Both the position numbers and the translations under genes were made by a program. Of a stretch of 64,000 nucleotides of DNA, positions 36,384 to 44,291 are shown one piece after another. A model generated the notes under the pieces. It saw only the letters and a list, made by a program, of their open reading frames with translations. It was not told where the DNA came from and made no database searches. The number at the start of each line of letters is the position of its first letter. Within the stretch, counting starts at the first letter, position 1. The stretch is from a bacterium (GTDB taxonomy: Bacteria > Patescibacteriota > Minisyncoccia > Phycocordibacterales > UBA2100), in contig JAEUQT010000003.1 of assembly GCA_016789445.1 (NCBI GenBank), positions 82,600-146,599 on the forward strand, written 5' to 3'.

Positions 36384-36875
36384 TCAGTCGTCGGCATCGA
36401 TGAATTGCACCGGATCTTCCCCGTTCTGTGCGGCTTCCTGTTTGAATTCCTTGCGCTTTTTCGGGTGGAAATGCGGGATACGCGGGATGGCGATGGAGGC
36501 GAGGCCTGCGATGATCGCGATCACGTGATAGCCGAAGCCGAGCGACATGCCAATGGCTCCCGCAAACCAGATGCTCGCGGCAGTGGTGAGGTTCTTCACG
36601 TTGGCACCGTCTTTGAGGATGAGACCTGCCCCGAGGAAGCCGATGCCCGAGACGATCTGCGCCGCGATGCGGGATTTCGATGCAGGATCCACCATCATCG
36701 AGAGGAAGGTGAAGAGCATCGCCCCGCAGATGACGAACGTGTGCGTGCTGATACCAGCATCTTTACCGCGTGATTCACGTTCAGCGCCAATGATGAATCC
36801 CATTGTGACCGCCACAGCGAGATTGAAGAGGAATTGGATCTCCGTCGGGCCGATAAGCGCTGAAAACATATCCAT
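36384..36875 (-). CDS. MgtC/SapB-family membrane protein
   Basis: N-terminal MgtC TM core. Confidence 0.85.
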   Translation of the reverse strand: MDMFSALIGPTEIQFLFNLAVAVTMGFIIGAERESRGKDAGISTHTFVICGAMLFTFLSMMVDPASKSRIAAQIVSGIGFLGAGLILKDGANVKNLTTAASIWFAGAIGMSLGFGYHVIAIIAGLASIAIPRIPHFHPKKRKEFKQEAAQNGEDPVQFIDADD

Positions 36876-36900
36876 CTTTTATAGCATATGACGCTCACGC

Positions 36901-36931
36901 AAAAGAAAAGCGGGCATGCTTCGCATGCCCG
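36901..36931 (-). terminator. intrinsic terminator downstream of the ParB-like gene (gcgggcatg cttcg catgcccgc)
   Basis: Hairpin plus T-tract on the minus strand. Confidence 0.5.
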
Positions 36932-36941
36932 CGTGAGTTTC

Positions 36942-37982
36942 CTACCTCCGACGCGTCTTTTTGCGCCTGAGTTCCTTCCGCATCGCGGCTACTGCCGAGA
37001 CGTTCCGCCCGATCTGCTCCGCGATGTCCTCATCGCTGAGGGATTTGTCCTCGAGGAGCTTCACGTGACCAGCCGGCCACTCAGTACCGTGGCTTCGTGC
37101 CGTCGGCACGTTGCCGCTGCTCTTGCGGATGTTGATACCGAGCGAGACACGTCCACCGGCAGAAATCCGATCGCGGATTCGCCGCGAGGCTTCTTCCAGT
37201 TCGAGATGCACCTGCATCAGCCGTCCACGTTCTTCAGGCGTCATCTCTGCACTCTCGATGAGAGCGAACGCCTGCTCGACGCTTTGGCGGATGCCTGCAA
37301 CACGCAGACGGTACTTCTGCACCGTCATCTCGCGCGGCTTCCCTGCCTGGCCGACATAGCGAGCCTGCCGTTCACGGATAAGCTGCGTTGTCTCACCGGC
37401 AGCAAGCCCTTGTCGCACGACTTCCTGTGCGACCGCGACCTGCTCTTCGCCGACGATGATGTTCGCGAGAACGACCGCCGTACTTGGCGCAAGAGAACCT
37501 TCCGCGACAAGATGCTGGACACTCGGAGCGAGATCGAGAAGCTTGAGCCGATTCCGAATATGCGAGACGTTTTTACTTAACCGCTTCGCGATATCCGACG
37601 GCTGCAACCCGTACTCCTGGAAGAGCCAGAGGTACGCATTCGCTTCTTCGAGAGGATCGAGTTCTTCACGCTGCACGTTTTCCGCAAGCGCGAGAACGAC
37701 GATATCGCACGGACTTGAGACGTCGACGATCACGCACGGGATCACGGTGAAGCCGCCGGCTCTCGCAGCCCGAAGGCGTCGAGAACCTGCAACGAGGGTG
37801 TAGTACCCGTCACCACGCTCCGACACGATCACGGCCTGCATGAGGCCGTCGCGCATCGATCCTGCCAGCTCGAGAAGCGCCTCTTCCGAGTACTTCTTGC
37901 GCGGCAGGTACGGATCTTCGATGATCCGATCGAGCGCGATGTCACGTAAGTTCCTGCCGACGAACGGCACGATTTCCGCCAT
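36942..37982 (-). CDS. ParB/Srx-fold N-terminal domain protein with a C-terminal HTH (orphan ParB-like); start at MAEIVPFVG
   Basis: ParB N-domain with GxRR box (AGSRRLRAA); C-terminal LSDEDIAEQIGRNVSAVAAMRKEL HTH. Confidence 0.75.
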   Translation of the reverse strand: MAEIVPFVGRNLRDIALDRIIEDPYLPRKKYSEEALLELAGSMRDGLMQAVIVSERGDGYYTLVAGSRRLRAARAGGFTVIPCVIVDVSSPCDIVVLALAENVQREELDPLEEANAYLWLFQEYGLQPSDIAKRLSKNVSHIRNRLKLLDLAPSVQHLVAEGSLAPSTAVVLANIIVGEEQVAVAQEVVRQGLAAGETTQLIRERQARYVGQAGKPREMTVQKYRLRVAGIRQSVEQAFALIESAEMTPEERGRLMQVHLELEEASRRIRDRISAGGRVSLGINIRKSSGNVPTARSHGTEWPAGHVKLLEDKSLSDEDIAEQIGRNVSAVAAMRKELRRKKTRRR

Positions 37983-38087
37983 TAGTTCCTCCTTTCTGTG
38001 CTGAAGGTGACCAAAGACCTTCTGTTTGCATACAACCATTACACTATAGGCGTGTCAAACAAAAGACCGCACCTCGAAAGGTGCGGT

Positions 38088-38945
38088 CTAATTCTCCTGA
38101 TCCGAGCTCCTCAGGAAGGGTCGAAGGTGCTTGATGCGACGCTTGGTCTGCCAGACTTTGATGACGGTATCGTAGGGTATGCCCGCTTTCTCGACGGCAT
38201 TCTCCCAGGTCCCGAAATAACGATACCCGGCCTCCAGCAAGGGACTATCCTCTATCTCCATGTCTCCATGACTCAGAGAATAGCCCGCACGCGCACGCGC
38301 ACGAATGGAAACGATAACGAGCTTCTTAGACCAATACCGCACGATCCATCCTTTCTTGACGCGATCATACGTAAATCCAGTAGCTTCGATCACCGCCTTC
38401 CAACTGCCTTTGAAATGCCGCATCCCCGCCAGATAGAGCGCCTCGTCATCTTTGCGTACCGCGCCGATGTTGAGATCACGACCTGACGCTGCGCGCTCAC
38501 GCATACGCTCGACGACAAGGGCTTTCGACCAGTACGGCTTCGGTTTTGGAAGTCTTTTTCGTACCTCCGCATACGAAAAGCCGCTCGCCTCGATTGCCTT
38601 TTCCAAACTGCCTTCGAACTGACGAAGCGCCATCGATAACAGCGCAGGCTCCTCTCGACGCAGGTCTTTCGAACTGATCGACTTGCCGCTTGCGTGTCGA
38701 TCTTGGATGCGTCGGATGACTTCAGCTCGACGATCGATTGGCCTTTTGACTTTTCTTCGTCGAGGAAGATCAGTGGCACGCGTAATACGCACAGCTTTCT
38801 TCCATCCTTCCGGAAAGAATCGCTGTACGGTCTTCAGCAGTGCAGGATCGCTATTGAGCACATCCAGATACCGCATGGAGAGCCCTGTCTCGATTCGTCG
38901 CCGAATGCGATTCATCGCGACCCGACGCGTGATTCGTCGTGTCAT
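38088..38945 (-). CDS. hypothetical basic protein built from four tandem repeats of roughly 60 aa (F-x-G-[ST]-W-x-x-A-[IV]-E-x-[AS]-G-[FI]-x-Y)
   Basis: Repeats read directly: FPEGWKKAVRITRAT / FEGSLEKAIEASGFSY / FKGSWKAVIEATGFTY / FGTWENAVEKAGIPY. Confidence 0.55.
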   Translation of the reverse strand: MTRRITRRVAMNRIRRRIETGLSMRYLDVLNSDPALLKTVQRFFPEGWKKAVRITRATDLPRRRKVKRPIDRRAEVIRRIQDRHASGKSISSKDLRREEPALLSMALRQFEGSLEKAIEASGFSYAEVRKRLPKPKPYWSKALVVERMRERAASGRDLNIGAVRKDDEALYLAGMRHFKGSWKAVIEATGFTYDRVKKGWIVRYWSKKLVIVSIRARARAGYSLSHGDMEIEDSPLLEAGYRYFGTWENAVEKAGIPYDTVIKVWQTKRRIKHLRPFLRSSDQEN

Positions 38946-39053
38946 TTCCTACCTCCTTTCTTTTGGCTTTCGCCTCTGATCGGACAATACAACGATTCGA
39001 GATGGACGTCAAAACATGAAAAAAGCGGGCATCCGGAGGATGCCCGCAGGTAT

Positions 39054-39428
39054 TCATTCTTCTTCAACGCCGCAGATCGCGATGTACTCCTTGAGGATGG
39101 CGCGCATCTCGGTGGCCGGATAGCCGCCGACCTTGGTCGATCCATCGTCGCTTTTGCAGACGCGCGCTGCCCTGTCGTTCTTCGCGATGATGCCTTCGAC
39201 CAGCGTCAGTCGTTTGCGGGCGATCGGCAGCATCTTCGTGCATTCGACGAAGTAGTTGAAGTCGAAGCTCGTCGCATCCGCGCCGAGCACCGTCTTCACT
39301 TCCGCGGCAAACCAGTGCCGCTCTTGGTCCTGCGCATCATGTACGCGCGCGATCGCATCCGTACAATCGTCGGCCCATGCGGTCGTGATCATGAGCGAGA
39401 CCGCCGCCGCTACTGCCATGCGAATCAT
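39054..39428 (-). CDS. hypothetical secreted protein (signal peptide, 4 Cys)
   Basis: N-terminal signal peptide ...TTAWA. Confidence 0.5.
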   Translation of the reverse strand: MIRMAVAAAVSLMITTAWADDCTDAIARVHDAQDQERHWFAAEVKTVLGADATSFDFNYFVECTKMLPIARKRLTLVEGIIAKNDRAARVCKSDDGSTKVGGYPATEMRAILKEYIAICGVEEE

Positions 39429-39489
39429 GTCCGTACCTCCGTGTGGTTGAACCGAGGTGATTCAACCACGCCTGCATAGGCGGAGCAAG

Positions 39490-39888
39490 CTATCCGCGCT
39501 TGGCGATGAGTTCGTCGACCGCCGCGACGATCTCCGAGGGGATGTACTGCGCTTTCTGCAGATACGCATCCATACCCAACTCGGCGAGACGTTCTTTCGC
39601 ACCTTCGCGGCCTTCGTTGGTGAGCGCGACTTTGATCGCTCGCTTGGCCAGGCCCTCTTTGGTGACGGCTTCGACGAATTCGTAGCCACTGCGACTATCC
39701 GGCATGGTGACGTCGAAAAGAATCACATCTGGTTCGTACTGGCCGCTGCGCAGCAAGTCGAGCGCGTTGTCAGCTTTGTAGTAGGTGGCCACTTCATACC
39801 CGCGCTTCTCGAATGCGAGTTTGTACATCTCGAGGAGGAACGCTTCATCGTCGAGCATCAGGACTTTGGGCTTCATTTCTCCATTCAT
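39490..39888 (-). CDS. single-domain response regulator (REC/CheY-like)
   Basis: Acidic pocket LMLDDE, phospho-acceptor D in ILFDVTMP, conserved T/K positions. Confidence 0.8.
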   Translation of the reverse strand: MNGEMKPKVLMLDDEAFLLEMYKLAFEKRGYEVATYYKADNALDLLRSGQYEPDVILFDVTMPDSRSGYEFVEAVTKEGLAKRAIKVALTNEGREGAKERLAELGMDAYLQKAQYIPSEIVAAVDELIAKRG

Positions 39889-39990
39889 GTACCAAATTAT
39901 ATATTGTCAGATGCTTTTTTCGATACAGTCCGGAATTGACATATGCTATAAATCGAAGTATAAAATATACAGGTTGCACGGAGTGAACAA

Positions 39991-40233
39991 ATGACACAGC
40001 AATCGGTGGATCCCGAACGGAAAGCGACTCCTATCGCATCGGGATCAATGGCCATCGCTTTAGCTTCAATTCGCAATGCAGAAGCATATTTGCGCTGGCA
40101 AGGAGCACAGTGGGTTATTGCACTCAATCTCTCGGCATTCGTCGCTCTTCTCTATCGCCTTTTAGCTAAGCCCGATATTGCAGAGATAATCGTACTTGCT
40201 ATAGGCTGTATAGGCGTCGCATCACTCGATTAG
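39991..40233 (+). CDS. small membrane protein (80 aa), first gene of a three-gene plus-strand unit
   Basis: ggagtg RBS; two TM helices; AT-rich region. Confidence 0.4.
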   Translation: MTQQSVDPERKATPIASGSMAIALASIRNAEAYLRWQGAQWVIALNLSAFVALLYRLLAKPDIAEIIVLAIGCIGVASLD

Positions 40234-40245
40234 GAGTGGTATAGC

Positions 40246-40491
40246 GTGGTGCGAAGAAACGGCCGTCTCTTCGATTTCTGGAATCGGAAATTTGAAGAGC
40301 ACGAACGACTGAACGGAATCGATGGAGGAATTACGGTGTTTACAGCACCGGAATACCATAATCTTTCAGGTTCGCGTGAACGTCTGCAAAGACGACTTGA
40401 ACGGATCTCGGTAATATTCGTTGTTGGGTGGTCTGCTGGTGCTATAGTGTTTATAACTCTTGCATTCGTCGCCTTGAAAGGAGGTTCATGA
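40246..40491 (+). CDS. small membrane protein (81 aa, GTG start)
   Basis: taggagtgg RBS; C-terminal TM helix. Confidence 0.4.
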   Translation: MVRRNGRLFDFWNRKFEEHERLNGIDGGITVFTAPEYHNLSGSRERLQRRLERISVIFVVGWSAGAIVFITLAFVALKGGS

Positions 40492-40607
40492 TGAAATCGC
40501 ATGAGATCTTTGCGGTTACGGTCGGAACAATTGGCGTTCTTCTGATGTTTGTGACCCCTGCGCTAATCAGCGCATGGAATCAGTGGAAGGAACGCAAGGA
40601 TCGTTAA
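40488..40607 (+). CDS. small membrane protein (about 39 aa); start overlaps the previous stop (ATGATGA)
   Basis: Hand-translated MMKSHEIFAVTVGTIGVLLMFVTPALISAWNQWKERKDR; terminator follows. Confidence 0.3.
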   Translation: MMKSHEIFAVTVGTIGVLLMFVTPALISAWNQWKERKDR

Positions 40608-40617
40608 CCCACTTCTT

Positions 40618-40648
40618 CAGCCAGCTTCAATCGAAGCTGGCTTTTTTC
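40618..40648. terminator. intrinsic terminator (agccagcttc aatc gaagctggct tttttctt)
   Basis: Hairpin plus T-tract. Confidence 0.6.
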
Positions 40649-41344
40649 TTATCCAAGAAGTCCCCAGCCAGTTGATTCGCCTCGATCTTTCGCGCAGAGG
40701 AGCTTGAGGGTCCTCCCTTCCTTTACAAATCGGAGGCCGCTTTGGATTTTGCACTTCGCGCAGCGGCCTTTGGCCTTCTCCCATGCCGCCGCTTTGGCGG
40801 CGGCCCCGAGGTAGCGTTCTTCTTCAAGCGCCGCGTCTTTGTCGCGGCGCGCTCGGTCGGCGGGCAGTAGAGAGAATTTGAAAATCTTGCGGCCGTTTTC
40901 GGTCACACCCGCCGCATCCACGAGATCAAAGATGCCTTTGTCGAACCACACGCCTGGATCGAGCTTCTCATACACCTGTATCTGGAGCGGCTCTTTGCGT
41001 ACGCCGTCCTTGAAGGCGTTCGCCGCTTTATAGAATTTCCCGTTCTCGGTCAGCTTGTCGCCGCCATACATGAGGAGCTGGTCGTTCGATTTCCCTTGCG
41101 TTTCTTTCGTCGTCGAATCGTGTCCCTCGAAGGAATAGATCTGCTTTTTCGGATTCCATTCGTCGCGGAACTCGCCATCGTCTTTCTGCAGGACGAGGAA
41201 GACGCTCAGGAGTTCTCCCTGATGGCGGAAGTTCATGCTCTTCTGCAGCATGATGCCCTCGCGCTCCATCAGCTCGTTGGCCGAGAGGATAGACGTCGCG
41301 CGTTGTGGCATGTGCACATCGCCTAAGAAATTGGACATCGGCAC
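40649..41344 (-). CDS. hypothetical protein with a possible SRA/YDG-like (PUA-fold) N-terminal region and a C-terminal Cys4 zinc-ribbon-like segment lacking His
   Basis: Weak motif resemblance only (LSVFLVL..DDG, MYGGDK, FDKGIFDL resembling the SRA YDG region); C-terminal CAKCK...LC. Confidence 0.35.
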   Translation of the reverse strand: MPMSNFLGDVHMPQRATSILSANELMEREGIMLQKSMNFRHQGELLSVFLVLQKDDGEFRDEWNPKKQIYSFEGHDSTTKETQGKSNDQLLMYGGDKLTENGKFYKAANAFKDGVRKEPLQIQVYEKLDPGVWFDKGIFDLVDAAGVTENGRKIFKFSLLPADRARRDKDAALEEERYLGAAAKAAAWEKAKGRCAKCKIQSGLRFVKEGRTLKLLCAKDRGESTGWGLLG

Positions 41345-41419
41345 AGCGTATCACTCATGTAAGCATGTTGCTAAAACAATCTTTCATTGTATAATGATTA
41401 CAGATGAAAGGAGGTTCCT

Positions 41420-42058
41420 ATGCGTCATCTTACGAAACACGCGCGTGAGCGCATCCTGCTTCGTACGGAATTGAAGCCTGAGAATGTATTGCAGCTAATC
41501 AATGACAGTGCCGCAATCAGTTTGGGCAAAGGTGAAATCTTCGAATACCTGCTCTTTTTCTCCCCTTTCGACCTCTGCTGCAAGATCGCGGTTGTGAGTC
41601 ATGATTGGGGAAATATCGTGTCTGTTTGGGACGAAGATTTCGATCTACCTGAAGGGATACTTGTGCCGACCGAACGCGACCGTTACAAGGCCAAGAAACT
41701 CTATCAAGCATTCACGTTCCGCCGTATCGGTGAAAGACAGCAAACGGCGGAAGGTCTGCCTTATTATTCGGCAACGATCGATGTCGTAGTCGAGGCCAAG
41801 ACTGTCTATTCGCACGCTGCCGGTGAAATCACGCGTTCTCAAGGCACATTCAAGAAAGAATGCATCAAAGCAATCTGGAAAGAATTGTCGACGCTTGCTA
41901 GCATCACTGAAGAGAATCGCGACAAGCTCCACGGATTCGTGCAATACCAGATCTCACTTAAGGCATTGAACGGCATTCAGGACTTCAAGCGCTACGCTAT
42001 CTCTCATAAAAAGGTCCTCCGAAAAGGAAGACCGATCACTCGACAGGCTGCCGAATAG
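41420..42058 (+). CDS. hypothetical protein (212 aa) with a DUF4258-like N-terminus (LTKHARERI...)
   Basis: aaaggagg RBS and a TATAAT -10 element upstream; lower GC than the flanks. Confidence 0.5.
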   Translation: MRHLTKHARERILLRTELKPENVLQLINDSAAISLGKGEIFEYLLFFSPFDLCCKIAVVSHDWGNIVSVWDEDFDLPEGILVPTERDRYKAKKLYQAFTFRRIGERQQTAEGLPYYSATIDVVVEAKTVYSHAAGEITRSQGTFKKECIKAIWKELSTLASITEENRDKLHGFVQYQISLKALNGIQDFKRYAISHKKVLRKGRPITRQAAE

Positions 42059-42072
42059 GCAGCCTGTTTTCT

Positions 42073-42555
42073 TTAAAACTCTGCGTCGGCTTCGGCCAAA
42101 AGTGCATCCAGATCCAAGGGGAGCGAGGTCATCTCCACCATACCGTCGTTGGATACCTTCCACTCACCTTTCGGGCGGTCGGCATATATCTCCACGCCGT
42201 TATTGTCCGGATCACGCAGATAGATGGCTTCGGAGACGCCGTGGTCGGCTGCGCCTTCGATCGGATAGCCCGCATTGGCGATGCGCTTCAGCGTGTTCGC
42301 GAGGGATTTCCGGTCGGGATACAGGAACGCGACGTGATACATGCCCGCGTATCCCGGCGGCGCCGGCTTCACGCCTTCTCCGTTCCACGTGTTCAGTCCG
42401 ATGTGATGGTGGTAGCCGCCGGCGGAGAGGAAGACGGCGCTCGTGCCATACTTCGCCGTAACCGCGAACCCCAAGAGGTCGCGATAGAACGCTACCGAGC
42501 GTTCGAGGTCGGCGACCGTGAGATGGATGTGTCCGACGATGGGGTGGGTGCTCAT
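42073..42555 (-). CDS. VOC-family protein (glyoxalase / extradiol-dioxygenase fold); start at MSTHPIVGHIHL
   Basis: Two beta-alpha-beta-beta-beta modules with conserved metal-binding His and Glu. Confidence 0.8.
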   Translation of the reverse strand: MSTHPIVGHIHLTVADLERSVAFYRDLLGFAVTAKYGTSAVFLSAGGYHHHIGLNTWNGEGVKPAPPGYAGMYHVAFLYPDRKSLANTLKRIANAGYPIEGAADHGVSEAIYLRDPDNNGVEIYADRPKGEWKVSNDGMVEMTSLPLDLDALLAEADAEF

Positions 42556-42565
42556 ATTCTTAAGA

Positions 42566-42853
42566 TTATCCGAAAAGTTCTGAATGGCTGCCAATGTCTA
42601 TGAGCACCAATATCAAGACTTCGTTTCTCACTTCGTACACCAACAAGAGATCACCTTTGATATGACATTCGCGATATCGCTTTACATCCCCAGTCAGCTG
42701 ATGGTCTCGATACGATGCCGGCAGCGACTTGCGCGCAGCGAGAGACAGAATCACATCTTCGAGCTTTTTCATCAGGGCAGGTTTCAATGTCCCGGATTTC
42801 TTCAGTTTCCGGAACGATCGTTCGAACTGTTGCGTTCTGACGACGCCGTACAT
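42566..42853 (-). CDS. yafQ: type II toxin, YafQ/RelE-ParE family
   Basis: DHQLTGDVKRYRECHIKGDLLLVY core typical of YafQ. Confidence 0.8.
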   Translation of the reverse strand: MYGVVRTQQFERSFRKLKKSGTLKPALMKKLEDVILSLAARKSLPASYRDHQLTGDVKRYRECHIKGDLLLVYEVRNEVLILVLIDIGSHSELFG

Positions 42854-42860
42854 GCGAGCA

Positions 42861-43109
42861 TTATAGCCCCTTCAACGCATCGCGCGCGCTATACACTTTC
42901 CCCTTCTTCAGAGCATCAGCAACTTCCTTGTCCCATTTCGCTGCTATCGAAGCCATGTTTTTCGTAGGAGTGAATGGCAATCCTTTTTCAAGAGCGACCT
43001 GATGGAGAAATATTTTCACACCCGATGACAAATCGAGACCGACATCACGCAATACCTTGCTTGCCGCTTTCTTGGTTTTCTCTTCGATCCGAATGTTAAG
43101 CGTAGTCAT
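42861..43109 (-). CDS. dinJ: type II antitoxin, DinJ/RelB family; start at MTTLNIRI
   Basis: Ribbon-helix-helix N-terminus (TTLNIRIEEKTKKAASKVL). Confidence 0.8.
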   Translation of the reverse strand: MTTLNIRIEEKTKKAASKVLRDVGLDLSSGVKIFLHQVALEKGLPFTPTKNMASIAAKWDKEVADALKKGKVYSARDALKGL

Positions 43110-43167
43110 ATGTAGAAAGTATATACATTGTATACACATTGTCAATACACTCACATATTACATACGA

Positions 43168-43641
43168 CTAGAATACCACTATCGTTTCAAAATTGGTGAC
43201 GGGCGGCGTGTAATCGGGAGAGGTTTCTTCGAAGGTGCGCTTTTGGACGAGATACTTCCCATCCTGCGCGACGATCTTAAAATAGTGCCCGAGACCTGCG
43301 TAGTAGCAGATGATCTGATCGGATTTCGGATACACGTCGTCGTCCGGTGATGGATACGTATTGCAGGTGCCATCGACGGTGTCGATCTCCTTCGTGCGCG
43401 AAGTGCCGTCGAAATACATGGCGCGCAGCGTGATCTTCGTGCGCGGGATCTCCCCGCTCTCGTCGGTCGAGTAGCTCCAACTGAATGTCGGCTCCCCGTG
43501 CGGCACTTCCTCTCCCTGAATCACCGGCTCAACCGCCACATCCACCACAGGCCAGAACGCGTTATATCCCGCAATCACGACAACTGCAGCAACCACGAAT
43601 GCGAGGAGGTATCTGAGTGCTGTGGGCATATGGAGGCTCAT
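43168..43641 (-). CDS. hypothetical membrane-anchored secreted protein (157 aa) sharing the 2-Cys domain of the 27388 gene
   Basis: FDGTS...VDGTC...ICYYAGLG aligns with GTS...MDGSC...ICWWAGAG. Confidence 0.5.
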   Translation of the reverse strand: MSLHMPTALRYLLAFVVAAVVVIAGYNAFWPVVDVAVEPVIQGEEVPHGEPTFSWSYSTDESGEIPRTKITLRAMYFDGTSRTKEIDTVDGTCNTYPSPDDDVYPKSDQIICYYAGLGHYFKIVAQDGKYLVQKRTFEETSPDYTPPVTNFETIVVF

Positions 43642-43893
43642 TTAATCACCTTTCTCACCAAGCTGCTCATCGATGCTGGTCGCGGCCTCCTTAACGTCTT
43701 CCAATTCCGAACGTATATCCTCCATCTGGCTGCTTAGCTCACCCTCCTCCTGTTCGATCTTAGCTTCAATCAATTCGAGCTTTTCCATCACATCCGCATG
43801 TTGCGATTCTTGCGCGTCAATCAGCTTTTCCATGAGCTCGGAGAGCGCGTCAACATCCTGACGGAGCTTCTTGATCTCGGGATTATCGAACAT
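43642..43893 (-). CDS. hypothetical acidic coiled-coil protein (83 aa), abuts the 43168 gene (TAA then ATG)
   Basis: Heptad-like E/L/I pattern. Confidence 0.45.
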   Translation of the reverse strand: MFDNPEIKKLRQDVDALSELMEKLIDAQESQHADVMEKLELIEAKIEQEEGELSSQMEDIRSELEDVKEAATSIDEQLGEKGD

Positions 43894-43926
43894 GGCTATA
43901 GTATGTACCTTTTATAATTTAAAGTC

Positions 43927-44262
43927 TTATTTTTGCTCCCCTCCATCTTCGCCGAATAAATGATCCCCAAAAATTGGTCTCGTACGTGGATTCTTAAAAA
44001 CGGACGTTGGATCTTTATCCTCTTCTACAGTTAGGAGAAAGAGGCCTCCGGTATCGAGAAGAAAACCATTCATGTGCTCCTCGATTACTCTCTTACCTAC
44101 AGCATCAGATGCCGTCTTTTTGTCGGGAGCTTCGAGAAAATAGTGCCATAGCACCGTTCCTTCAGTCGGGTGAATGATTTCGGCATAGAATTTCATAAGT
44201 TCATGCTGGCACAAATGCTTGGAAAGTATTGTATGCTCAGATTGCGGCAATAAACCTGCCAA
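43927..44262 (-). CDS. hypothetical protein (111 aa) immediately downstream of hsdR
   Basis: ORF-track ORF; low GC like the R-M island. Confidence 0.4.
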   Translation of the reverse strand: MAGLLPQSEHTILSKHLCQHELMKFYAEIIHPTEGTVLWHYFLEAPDKKTASDAVGKRVIEEHMNGFLLDTGGLFLLTVEEDKDPTSVFKNPRTRPIFGDHLFGEDGGEQK

Positions 44263-44291
44263 TTTTTCCGCTCAGTTGCAAATATAGAACC

